Source: Hemiscyllium ocellatum (Eukaryota). From it: a stretch of 64,000 bases of DNA. Both the position numbers and the translations under genes were made by a program. Position 1 is the stretch's first letter; every line of letters starts with the position of its first letter. The stretch lies in assembly GCF_020745735.1 (NCBI RefSeq), contig NC_083425.1, forward strand, positions 10,217,575 through 10,281,574, given 5' to 3'. Below, piece after piece: positions 25,457 to 37,611 of this stretch. The notes under the pieces were generated by a model. The model made no database searches and had not been told where the DNA came from. It saw only the letters and a program-made list of their open reading frames with translations.

Positions 25457-25878
25457 AGAATTACACAGAATCCCTACGGTGTGGAAGCAGGCCTTTTGGC
25501 CCATCGTGTCCACACTGACCGTCCAAAGGACATCCCACCCCATCCCTGTGACTTTGCCCATGGTTGATCCACCTAGTGTGTGCATTCCTGAACACTATGA
25601 GCAACTTCGCAAGGCCAGTGTAGGGGAATGGGTCTGGGTGGGTTGCGCTTTGGAGGGTCAGTATGGACTCGTTGGGCCAAAGGGCCTGTTTCCACACTGT
25701 AAGTAATCTAAGTAACCAATCCACTTAACCTGCACATCTTGGGATTGTGGGAGGAAACCCACACAGACACAGGGAGAATGTGCAAACTCCACACAGACAG
25801 TCACCCGAGGCTGGGATCTAACCCAGGTCCCTGGCGCTGTGAGACAGCAGTGCTAACCACTGAGCCACCGTGCTGCCC
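25457..25878 (-). mobile_element. HE1 SINE with an antisense HE1 3' fragment inserted at ~25619-25715
   Basis: Minus-strand head at 25800-25878; plus-strand gggccaaagggcctgtttccacactgtaagtaatct tail inside. Confidence 0.85.
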
Positions 25879-26177
25879 TCTGGTTGTGAGAACTAGGTAT
25901 TGCTGCTTGTTGTCCTTCCCTAACTGCCCGTGGGAAGTTTTAACCCACTGCATTCTGTGTGTTTGAGGTACCCGGCAATGCTGAATTTCAGGATTCCTCC
26001 CAGTGACAGTGAAGGATCGGCAATATTTTTCCAAGTGAGGATGGTGTGGGGCTGGGAGGGCAGCTTGCAGGGGGTGGAGTTCCCCTGTATCTGCTGCCCT
26101 TGTCCTTCTCAGTGGGAGACACTGTGGGGTTTGAAATGTGTAATAAAGGAACCTCAGTGAGGCCTAGAGATGGCGCA

Positions 26178-29100
26178 TGAAATAACTCCACAGAGGCCAG
26201 TATCCTGTCACTAAGTTCACCCTATATTCACACAGAGAATCGTTGACACTGATCTAATTCCCTCAGAGCCAGCTCTCAGAGAGAGCCATCCATCAGCCAG
26301 CACTCCCTGTTTGGGCTAAATTAACAACCCCAATCAGGGAACTCATATTCTGTGAGAAACCCCTGGCTGACCTTGTTACCATCACTACATCCCTTCCCGC
26401 TATGAGTCTGAGGGCATAGGCTGCTTTTTTTTGTTTTCAACTCCTTCTGGGCACTTGTAATGCACTGTAGCCTACCTCTTTCGCTCAGAACATCTCAGAA
26501 GAAACTCATTCTACCCTTCAAGCAGCAAAAGCATTGAGGTGGCGATATCCACCGTGTCCACCTCAGATTCCGAAGTATCTTCAACACTTGATGGAGAGGG
26601 AGAACCCGTGGGTTCCACAACAGTCAGAAAGGCTGTTGAGGAGCCAGGTATGTTTTGCTGCTGCACCATTTGCGAGCGAGCAACTTTGTTATGGTCCACA
26701 TGCTTGTTCAGGATCATTGCACCTCCCTGAACTTTATACGTCACTGGATTTGACCTTGTGTCGACCATGCCTCTTACCATGCATGGCCATTCCCATGGTT
26801 CCTACACCAAACTTGGTCCCCCAAAGTAAATTGTCTTTCTTCCTTAGTGGAGTCTTTTGTCCAGCAGTGGTGTGTCTGATGCAGTTTCATCTGGCTCCAC
26901 AGGTCCGGGAATATCAGATTTTACCTCATGCGGAGTCTTCTCCCCATTAGCAACTGTGCTGGAACTGTGCATGTAGTTGCATGAGGGGTGGTCCTATAAA
27001 TCAAATAGGAGCCGGGACAGTTTGTTATCTGGTGAAGCAGTAGGGTCTTCCTTTAAGCCCTCCTTCAAAGTTTGGACTGCTCTTTCTGCCAGACCATTAG
27101 CAGATGGATGGTAGGGAGTTGTCCTTGTATGACGAATACCATTTGACTTAAGGAAATACTCAAACTTCCTGCCTGTAAATGTTGGCCCCTTACCTGTGAC
27201 CAACACTGCTGGGAGTCTGTGCACTGTTTTTCTATTGTTATCGTCATGTTTGACAAGTGAACTCTATGCACGTTCAACCACTCTGAGTGGGTGTCTATAG
27301 TGACTAAGAACACTGAGTCCATAAAGGATCTGCATAGTCTAGGGTTGACCTGGCTATTCCCATAAACGTGGAGAGCTGCTGGCTGTAAATGTTGCTCTTG
27401 TTGGCACTCTCGGCACTGTCACACTAACATGGCCATCTAATCCTGGCCAGCAGACATAACTCCTCACCAACAGCTTCATTTTGGAAACCCCTGGATGACC
27501 CTGGCAGAGTTCAGTCCCTATCTGGCAGCGACCTATGCTTCAGACAATCACTCTTGCTCCCCATAATAATGTGCCGTCCTTTACTGTGATCTGGTCTCTG
27601 CGGGTCCACAAGGGTTTCAGTTCTGGTTGTGGTGGGCCCTTTGGTTTCCCCATCACCATCAGCTGTTTCAGTTTTACCAGGATTGGATCTTTCTTCATCC
27701 AATATTGTCAGCTGTGATTGGAAGTGTGTCGAGAAAATCTAAAACCATTATAGACTCACCCAATGGTGGTACCATCGGTGTTGTACCTGCCAGTGGGAGG
27801 CAGCGTAGTGCATCTGCATACATCCTTGGCTTCCTGGACAATATTCCAACCAGTAATTATAAGCTCTTAGTATTACAACCTACTGCTGATTTTGGCCTGA
27901 AGCTAATGGTAGCACTGCCTTGTCCTCTCTAAGTAGACCTGGTAGGGGTGTGTTGTCTGTAATTATTACAAATTAATGTCCATAAAGGTATTGGTGGAAC
28001 TTCCTGACTCCAAATATGACTGCCAAACCTTCCTTTACCATCTGGGCATATTTACACACGGTATTAGTCAAAGACCTGGATGTATACGCTATTGGGCGTC
28101 CCTCTCCATTGGGTCACCTATGAGCTAATACAACCCGATGCCATGTAGGGAGGCATCGCCCTGTCATTCCCAGATTATAGGGTGGGAATTATTGCTTGGG
28201 ATTATAGTGTGCCTTAGAGAAAGATAGCTGTTTCTTCATTTCCCTGAAAGTTATGGCTTGGCTATGCAACCATTCCCAAAGCTGACCCTTTTTGGAGCTG
28301 ATACAAAGGTGCCAGGATGGGGACCAGGTTGACGTATGAATGTTCTGTAATAATTCACCAGCCCTAAGCTCTGGTACAGACATGGGAGACAGGGCACTTT
28401 CCATCACCCTGACTTTATCTCCCAACGGGTGTAACCTGGACTTGCCAACTCTGTCATTCCTGATGAAGGGCTTATGCCCGAAAGATCCACTCTCCTGCTT
28501 CCCGGATGCTGCCTGACCTGCTGTACTTTTCCAGCACCACACTTTCTGACTTTGTCAACTTTGTAACCCCAGTAGGTCACTTGCAGTGCCTAGAACACAT
28601 ATTTTTCCCTTCTCAGGTGTACACCCGCCTGGGAGAAATGTCTAAGGACTATGTCCAAATTCTCTAAGTGCTCTTTATTGATTTTCCTTATTATTAACAC
28701 ATCATTTACATAAATGGTGATCTGGGATGGACCTTGTAAAATGTCCTCCATCATCTACAGAAAAACTACACAGGCTGACGATACCCATATGGCAGACTGG
28801 TATATTGGTCCAAACCCTTATGGATATTAATTGTGGCGTTCTCTGGGAATCATCCTGCAATTGCAGGTACTCATGGCTCATGTCCTGCTTAGTGAAGCAC
28901 AGCGCCTCCTGCCAGCTTTGCGTATAAATCCTCTCTGTGAGGGATTGGGTATTTATCCAGCTGTGAAAAGCCATTTACCATTTATGTAAAATCCCCATAA
29001 AGGCGAACTGACCCATCATGCTTCACAATCAGCAAGAGCGGTGCTGCCCATTCTGCAAACTGGGATGGTTTGATGATTCCTTTGCTTTCCAGCTTCCTGA

Positions 29101-29295
29101 TTTATGCCCTTACTTTTGCCTGTAATGGCACTGGTGGGCCTTGTAGGACTATGGAATTGCTTCACGGTCAACATGCAAGGTGGTCTTGACTCCTTTTAAA
29201 GTCCCTAAACCTTCCTGAAAACCTTCTGGGTATTTCGTTAGGACTTCACTCAGGCAGCCATTTCAAATCAAAACATGTTGAGCCAATCAAGGTGA
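26178..29295 (-). mobile_element. Decayed Gypsy-type LTR retrotransposon (3' LTR 26178-26389, PPT 26390-26401, integrase/RNaseH/RT remnants)
   Basis: Integrase FLVTIDTHSEW, GPTFTG..FL..NGIRH.RTTPYHPSANGLAERAVQTLK; LTR TGTAGT...ATTTCA preceded by purine tract AGCGGGAAGGGA; many frameshifts. Confidence 0.88.
28455..28551 (+). mobile_element. Penelope-like pLTR (family A) inserted into Gypsy pol
   Basis: CTGATGA-A-GGGC-TTAT-GCCC-GAAA at 28460-28483; imperfect TSD TTGCCAACTCTGT/TTGTCAACTTTGT. Confidence 0.75.
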
Positions 29296-30326
29296 AAGAT
29301 AATTGGGTAAGTCCATGAGTAAGGAAGGTTTGGAGGGATATGGGCCCAGCGCAGGCAGGTGGGACTAGTTTATGGTCAGTTTGGGATTATGGTCAGCATG
29401 GACTGGTTGGACCAAGGGGTCTGTTTCCGTGCGGTGTGACTCTAATTTACCCTGAGCTTATTTTGGTTCTGTTTATTACTGTGAAAGTGTAGTGACTTGA
29501 ATTAACCTGTTTGAATACACACCCCTCTCGGGCAGGTAGGACTTGAACAAGTGGCTACCTGTGGCTCTGAGATACGGCCACTACCTCTGCACTGAAAGTA
29601 GAGACAGGTATGTGTAAGGGAGTGTGTTTGGGAATGTGTATTGCTGCCTGAGTACAGCACATAGCTATGGCTAATGATTGAATGTATCTCTGTCTGAGTG
29701 ACATGACTATGTGAAAGCCAATTATTATTTGAAGCAGCTAGCCATTATCTGGGAGATGGGAGCAGCTTAGTGCTGAGGAGTTAAATCCCACGATGCTGTG
29801 AGATGGTGCTCCATTTCCGAACAGTCTGTCCTTTCAGCCATGGTGTTCACATTCACAGTGTTTGTGGAGCATGTTATCTCTGAAAATGGATTTTCTAATT
29901 ACACGGAGGGAACGGCAGCTGTTTCTGGAGAGTTGCTGACACAATTTATTGCAAGAGCTGACGCAATTTGGCTCAAACGCACAAACTATAAGAAGCAGGG
30001 ACTGACCCAGGGTTATCTGCAACATACACTGAATGTGAGAACTCCAAATAATTCCAAATCAACCTGATTTTAGTACGCACTCTGCCTGATATATATTCAT
30101 TCATTAAACTCAGAGTTTAAAGTATATAATTTAATTATATCATTTTTATTGTGAGTGAAACATTCTCATCAGTTATACAATGGTCCAGGATATGATCCTT
30201 GACAGATGTGCATATGTGACCATTATGTCCATCATTTTTTGTACTAGCTCTCTGAAGCATATCCTGACACACCAAGAATATGTCAGGGCTAACAGTAGAA
30301 CATTGTCTTCAAATTCCAGCCTCTCA

Positions 30327-31010
30327 CTACTGTCTGTGTGGAGTTTACGCATTCTCCCAGTGTGAGTTTTCTCTGGGTGCTCCAGTTTCCTCCCACTGTC
30401 AGATTACAGCATTTAAAAGGCATCTGGATGGGTATATGAATGGGAAGGGTTTGGGGGGACATGGGCCATTTGCTGGCAAATAGGACTAGATTGGATTGGG
30501 ATATCTGGTCGGCATGGACGAGTTGGACCGAAGGGTCTGTTTCTCAGTGTGCAGATTAGGGTGGATTGGCTGTGCTAAATTGCCCATAGTGTCCAGCATG
30601 TACAGGCTGGGTGGGTTAGCCAAAGGAAATGCAGGGTTACAAGGATAGGTTGGGGTGGGGGTGGGGTTGATTGGGGGGGCACGGTGGCTCAGTGGTTGGC
30701 ACTGCTGCCTTACAGCACCAGGGTCCCGGGTTCGATTCCAGCCTTGGACGACTGTCTGTGTGGAATTTGCACATTCTCCCCGTGTCTGCGTGGGTTTCCT
30801 CCCACAGTCCAAAGATGTGTGGGTCAGGTGAATTGGCCATAGTGTTAGGTGCATTAGTCAGAGGAAAATGGGTCTGGGTGGGTTACTTTTTGGAGGGTCG
30901 GTGTGAACTTATTGGGCTGAAGGGCCTGTTTCCACACTGCAGGGAATCTAATCTAATACTCTTCAGAGGGTTGGTGTGGACTTAATGGGCCGATTGGGAT
31001 TCTATGATTT
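30327..31010 (+). mobile_element. Old HE1-like SINE split by a CR1 3' end (~30403-30545) and a younger HE1 (30674-30957)
   Basis: Collinear SINE pieces resume after each insert. Confidence 0.8.
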
Positions 31011-32507
31011 TAGATCTGCTATTTTCTACCACCTAAAGCCAATCTGAACTTGCAACTACCGTCCCACTCCTGAACCTATTCATGCTTCTCTGATCTCTGT
31101 TCATGTCTCTCCTGCAACTCCCTGTATGAACTGCTGTCACACAGTTTCCAGCTGCTAGCCAAGGCAATGAGTTGGGCCTTTGCCTTTCCCGTGTGTTAGG
31201 GAGCTGGCCACCTTGTCCTGGTGGACTTTCCAGCAGGTCCTGGTCCTCCGATTCCTCTTCGTTACTGGCCAGCTGGCTGAGACAGCTCATCGGCTGAGTT
31301 GGGGTGAGAAACCCTCAGGGCCTCACCAGTAGACACCATCCACCAAGTTCACCGGGCCTGCTCTCTCTCTCTCTCCCCGGTGATGGTGAGACACAGCCTA
31401 ATCTCTTTGAGCCCAACATGACTTTACTTCAGAAACCGGAGAAGAGTCACATTGAGCTCAAAATGTTAACCCGTTTCCTTTCTCCGTCATCGAGCTGAGG
31501 CCCTTCCTGCCTCGGGATTAGTGATTACGGGAAAAATTCCGGGAATTCTTAGACTTGGATCGGAAACCGCATTCCAACTCAAAGCACTTCTCCTTCATCC
31601 AGGAAGTGACTCAGTGCCAGATAGTGACCATTCCCTCAAAGGGAGAGGGATGGAGTACAGACTGGGAATACTTAAAGGTCCCAGAAGTCTTCAGTACGAG
31701 CGATCTGAACAAAAATGTGAAAAAGAGAGGTTGCGAAATGAAAGAAATGAGATATTTGCTGTCTGGTCTGATGACTTATATTCTGAGTTCTCTGGGATAC
31801 CAAGAGTTTATGAAACAAGTATTTGCTGTTGTCCAGAGCTGATTTGGAATTACACATATTCATGTCTCTTTTTCCAGAACAATTTGTGCCATTGGGCAAT
31901 TGCACCAACAGCAGTGTTTATAAGAGTGGAATTTTAATTGCCGCTTGCCATAACAATTCGACTTTCTGATATAAATAAAACTCTGAGAAGAGAGGCATTA
32001 TCATTTTAGTCATTCGAGCTGAACCTTAGCCTGACATAACTCGCATTCTCTGCCTGAATTAATCTCATCAAGGATATTGTCCAGATGCTGTTTGATTCCT
32101 TTTATCTCCAGTTGTATGAACGATGGAGGTTTCAGTTGCTTCTACAGAGACTCGTGCCCCAAATACAGAGGCACTGCATTGTCCTGAGTCTCAGCCACCA
32201 CGGAGAGGCTCCAGGTTTAATGGCTATTGTCATGGCAGTGGGCAGTGAGCTCTCCATGCCACCCTTGGGTTGGGAAAGCTCAGTTTGTATCCATAGGCCA
32301 TTCAGCCCCTCAAGTGGTCCAAACTAATGCTCTGGTGAAGTGGGTTCAAAACCCACCGTAGCACGTGGCAATGTTTGAGCTCAATTAAAACAAATTGATA
32401 TACAACCGTAGATTAATGGTGACTATGGTTTGTCATTCAAAAAGCCCATCAGATTCACTAATGCCCTTTAAGGGGGGGATATCTGCTATCCTTGTCTGGA
32501 CTACATT

Positions 32508-32826
32508 GGGGTGGCTCAGTGGTTAGCACTGCTGCCTCACAGTGCCAGGGACTCAGGTTCAATTCCCCCCTTGGGCAACTGTCTGTGTGGAGTTTGCACA
32601 TTCTCCCCGTGTCTGAGTGGGTTTGCTCCGGTTTCCTCCCACAATCCAAAGATGTGCTACTTGGGGTGGATGGACAATGCTAAATTACCTATCGTGTCCA
32701 GGGATGTGTGGGCTAGGGGATTAACCATGAGGAATGTAGAGTTACAGGGATTGGGTGGTATGCCGTTCAGAAGGTTAGTATGGACTCGATGGGTTGAATG
32801 GCCTGCTTCCACACCGTAGGGATTCT
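32508..32826 (+). mobile_element. HE1-related SINE
   Basis: TGGCTCAGTGG A box, GGTTCAATTCC B box, central domain. Confidence 0.85.
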
Positions 32827-33189
32827 CCAGACCCCTGCAATGTGATCGAGTAATTGGACATTACCATAAATGCCTCAGCCCATTGACAAATAAAAATGCC
32901 TCCTTCCCTTGATTACATAATCGCTGACTCACCATCCAGGTTCAACACCCAAGATGGTGAGGTTCATCATCCCAACCCTCATCATGGGGAAGTGTCTCTG
33001 TGTCTCCCACAAAGAGAGGTTGAGCAAACTCAAAATTGGACCTTCTCCTCTCCCGCTCTGACATCTCCGTCCTCACTCTGCAGTGTTCCAGAGAAGCTTG
33101 AGATTTCAGAATTGACACTTTATGGCCATCCAGATGCTGTGTCAAGTTCAACAATTCTTAATCGGAACCAACCCTCCTATTGTCTTAGA

Positions 33190-33353
33190 GTCAGAAGTCA
33201 CACAAGGTTATAGTTGACAGGTTTATTTGAAAGCACAGGCTTTCAAAGCGTTCACTTCATCAGGTGAATTGCTCCGAAAGCTTGTGATTTTAACCTGGTG
33301 TGGTGTGATTTCTGACTTGGTCCACTCCAGTCCAACCCAGGCACTTCCACATC
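33190..33353. mobile_element. Penelope-like short element, family B (degenerate hairpin)
   Basis: aggtttatttgaa..cttcatcaggtg..gctccgaaagcttgtg..ccagtccaac. Confidence 0.65.
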
Positions 33354-33982
33354 ATTGTCTCAGACAGCAGCTCTCTGTTGTTCAGTTGAAGCTGTCAATG
33401 CTTCCCCCCCCCCCCCCACCCCGTCCCTCTATACTGTACCATCTTCTTTACCCTTGCACCATCTCAACTCGTTGGTTATCCAATGCACTGCCCACTTTTC
33501 CTGTCCCAGTCAGCGAGAAACGCCGGCGTCTTAGAGAATTCCCACATTCATGCTCGCTCCTGGAACCAGAGATCGTAATTTCCAGGGCAGTGGTAATCTC
33601 ATTGGACTAGGACTTCAGGACCCCAGGTTAATGCTCTAGGGCATAGAGATCAAATTAATTTCCACCAGGGCAAAAGGTGAAATTTAAAACTTCTAGAATT
33701 AACAACTAGCTGAAAGGCAACTTTCTAATCAATTTTTACGTTGAACACGTAAAAGTCCTAGATCCTAGATCACGAATATCCTACATGTGACTCCAGACCC
33801 ATAGCAATGTGGTCCTCTGGGCCAATAAGGATGGGCGATAAATGGCAATAATTAGCCTGCCAGAGAAGTCCACATTTCGTGTTAAAAACATAGTTCCTCC
33901 AGCATTCCATGTTTCCTTGCATTGTTTTCCTCTCCCTTTTCGATGGCATCAGCAGCGGTGGAAGCCCAACACGTGAACGTCG

Positions 33983-35372
33983 AGTGGGCCCAGCGTGGAG
34001 AAGAATAGGCCCAGCGCCGAGGAGAGTGGGTCCAGCATTAAGGGGAGTGGGCCCACGGTGGAGGAGTGTGGATCCAGTGTGAGGAGAGGGGGCCCAGCAA
34101 AGAGTAGAGTAGGCCCAGCACAGAGGAGAGTGGACCCAGCATGAAGGAGAGTGGTAAAAACAATGATTGCAGATGCTGGAAACCACACTGGGCCCACACA
34201 CCTCCTCACTGGGCTCACAAACCTCCACAATGGGTCCACACATCTCTGGATTAGTGGTGCTGGAAAAGCACAGCAGTTCAGGAAGCATCTGAGGAGTAGT
34301 AAAATCTGATTTTCCTGCTCCTTGGATGCTGCCTGAACTGCTGTGCTTTTCTAGCACCATTAATCCAGAGAATGAAGGAGAGTGGGCCCAGGGTGGAGGA
34401 GTATGGGTCCAGTGTGCATGAGAGTGGGCCCAGCGCAGAGGAGTATGGGGCCAGTGCAGAGGAGAGTGGACCCAGCAAGGGGGAGGGTGGGCCCAATGTG
34501 GGGGAGTGTGGATCCACTGCGGAGGTGTGTGGGTCTAGTGCAGAGGTCTGTGGGCCCAGTGCAGAGGTGTGTGGGCCCAGTGCAGAGGTGTGTGGGCCCA
34601 GTGTGGAGGTGTGTGGGCCCAGTAAGGAGATGTGTGGGCCCAGTGCAGAGGTGTGTGGGCCCAATAAGTTGGTGTGTGGGCCCAGTGTGGAGGTGTGTGG
34701 GCCCAGTGCAGAGGTGTGTGGGCCCAATAAGGAGGTGTGTGGGCCCAGTGTGGAGGTGTGTGGGTAAAAAGTGAGGTCTGCAGATGCTGGAGTTCAGAGC
34801 TGAAAATGTGTTGCTGGTTAAAGCACAGCAGGTCAGGCAGCATCCAAGGAACAGGAAATTCGACATTTCAGGTGTGTGGGCCTTGTGTGGAGGTGTGTGG
34901 GCCCAGTGCAGAGGTGTGTGGGCCCAGTGTGGGGATGTGTTGGCCCAGTGCAGAGGTGTGTGGGCCCAGTGTGGGGATGTGTTGGCCCAGTGCAGAGGTG
35001 TGTGGGCCCAGTGCAGAGGTGTGTGGGCCCAGAGCAGAAGTGTGTGGGCCCAGTGTGGAGGTGTGTGGGCCCAGAGCAGAGGTGGGTGGGCCCAGTGCAG
35101 AGGTGTGTGGGCCCAGTGTGGAGGTGTGTGGGCCCAGTGCGGAGGTTTGTGGGCCCAGTGCAGAGGTGTGTGGGCCCAATAAGCAAGTGTGTGGGCCCAA
35201 TAAGCAAGTGCGTGGGCCCATTGCGGAGGTGGGCCCAGTGCGGAGGTTTGTGGGCCCATTGCGGAGGTGTGTGGGCCCAATAAGGAGATATGTGGACCCA
35301 GTGCAGAGTGGTGTCGGCCCAGTGCAGTGTGGGGGAGTGTGGGTGGGCCCAGTGTAGGGGAGAATGGGCCTA
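33983..35372. repeat. 21-bp GC-rich minisatellite (GGGCCCAGTGCAGAGGTGTGT)n interrupted by two Penelope insertions (34155-34371, 34765-34870)
   Basis: Tandem units directly visible; 14-bp TSD ATGAAGGAGAGTGG at 34141-34154 and 34372-34385. Confidence 0.93.
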
Positions 35373-36544
35373 GTGTGGATCTTGTGTAAGAATAGGAGCT
35401 GGCATTGGAAAATCAACAACTGCGACATCGAGGTAGGCCCAGCAACAAAAGATGGTGCCTGAGGATCACTGACTTTGTCATGAGTTGGTTCTGGTATAAG
35501 TGAAGCGGTGGAGGAGGCATGGTGGCTCAGATGGGATGATGGCCCAGGTGTTGTTGATGGTGATGAGCTGCCTCAGGACCTGATGGACTTTCCTCAAACT
35601 GTATCTTTCTTTCCTTTTCCTTAATCTTAAATTATTGAAAATGGTGCCCAATCATGGCGACAAGTGGATTTTATTGTATTCTTACTGTGACAATCATTCA
35701 TTCAAATTAATATCAACAAATTCACAAGGAAGGGCAAGAGAATGAGAGAAAGGGAACTTCAGAAAATGCTTAATTGTCAATCAAAAATAAACAGGTCAGT
35801 GCAACATCAACAGCCAAAAGACCTGTGCTGTGTTGTAATGTTCTATGTTCTATATATTCCCCACCCGTCCACCCCCTGCAGGAATTGACCTAATTCACTA
35901 ACCCCACATACAAGATCCTGGATAGCATAAACACACCTGATAAAGCAGAAAACATAACTGATAACAGGATGCTTTTGCAGGTTTTAATTGTCAAGCCTTC
36001 TCAGACATAACGATATAATTCTTGCAAAGAGCTGTAATGAGTGAAGTAAGCCATTAATGAGACTTATAAATATACTGTTCATCAATAATTGCCAATGTTG
36101 AAAGAGATAGCGACCGATGATTTTTATAGTGTCTCTCTTTGACATTACTGAGTTTGTCATTTGATTTATGAGACAGTGGGGTTGGTGTGTCTCAGTTACT
36201 GACTGAGCCAGACATGGAGTTCATGCCAATATGTATTGACTGTCAGGTCATGATAACCATCCTGTCCCCTCACAGGAGCTTGCAATTTATTCTGACATTC
36301 ATTTATTTGATTCAGGTTACTCTTTCAAAAGTCTGTCCCCTCTGTCAACTCTGGGAATGATGCTGATGGGATTTAATGAATCTCATGCCACCTCTGTCTT
36401 TTTTTATTATCTACCTGTGGAGTTGAGGCAGGATTAATCAGACAAAACACAGGGAAAACCTTCCCTCAGATCTGAAAAGCCATCAAGCTTTTCTTGTGCA
36501 GTGGGCGATGTCTGTGAGTGTTGTTAAAGTGTTACTTGTGGAAT

Positions 36545-36975
36545 CATGGAAACAGTCCCTTCAGCCCAAACTGCTCCATGCTGACCATGGTACCCACTAA
36601 ACTAGCTCCAATTGCCAGCACTTGCTCATATCCCTCTCAACCCTTCCCATCCATATACCTATCCAAATGTTTTTAAAATGGTGCTACTGTACCAGCCTCA
36701 ACCACTTTTTCTGGCAGGCCATTCCGTACACGCATCACTCTCTGTGTGAAGACGAGGCCCTTCTTAAATCTTTCCCCTCTCACCTTAAACCTCTAGTTTT
36801 CAATTCCCTGGGAGAAACACTACCTGCATTCATCTCATCCAAGACCCTCAATAAGGTCACCCCTCATTCTCCTATGTTCCAAGGAATAAAGTCCAACCCT
36901 GGCCAACTCAAACCTACTAGTCCTTGTAAATCTTCATTGCACTCTTTCCAGTTTAACTTGTCTTTCCTAAAACAG
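36545..36975 (-). mobile_element. CR1 LINE 3' remnant
   Basis: Reverse complement of the CR1 3' region (ctgtaccagcctcaaccac, cactctctgtgtgaa). Confidence 0.7.
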
Positions 36976-37611
36976 TACCCATTGGGACCAAACTGGGTGT
37001 GTTAAAGGAACTAGAATTACTTCGGTGCGTCCCTCGTCTCAGTGGGAGGAGATTTCCTGTTGTACTCCTTCCCATGCCCCTCCAGGTCTGGCACCCAGCA
37101 CGCCCTGATTTCCATCACTCGATGACTGAAAACCGTTTCTTGTCACCGATCTGAAATCCCTCCCTGAACCCATCTGCCTGTCCTTCCGCGGAGTTGCCAT
37201 GTTGCATGGCGTGTAAAGAGCCAGCAGCAAATGAACCTGGAGGTAAATGTCTATGTTTCACAGTGAGTCACTTTCACACCTGCCCTGGAGAGTCAGGCCA
37301 TGTAACTGGCCAACGCAGACAGGAAGTGCTGGAGAAACTCAGCAGGTTTGGCAATGTCAGTGGAGAGAGAAATAAAGTCAATGTTTTGAGTCTGATATAA
37401 CTCTTCTTCAGACAGCTTCAGTTTCTCTCGAACTTCCTGTTTCAGATCTCCAGTATTTAAAAGCGGTGTCTGGGTTTCTTTCGATTGGTGAAAGGTGTCC
37501 ATTGGGCAAGTTGCATCAAAGGTTAGAATTATGTACAACGGCTTTTAAACTTTGCAAACTTGAAGTGTTACTCTTTTGAACACCTAGGAATCAAAAGATA
37601 ACCAGAAGCTA

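Noticed and set aside
29798-31937. ORFs at 29798-30067, 31033-31290 and 31521-31937 as exons of a second gene
   Set aside because: No recognisable domain or consistent splice chain; I also found no MCRIP1-like exons, which neighbour GCGR in human.
34278-35428. Long overlapping ORFs up to 306 aa (GPHTSAL / WAHTPLH repeats)
   Set aside because: Artefact of a 21-bp (7-codon) minisatellite open in several frames on both strands, with no splice or domain evidence.
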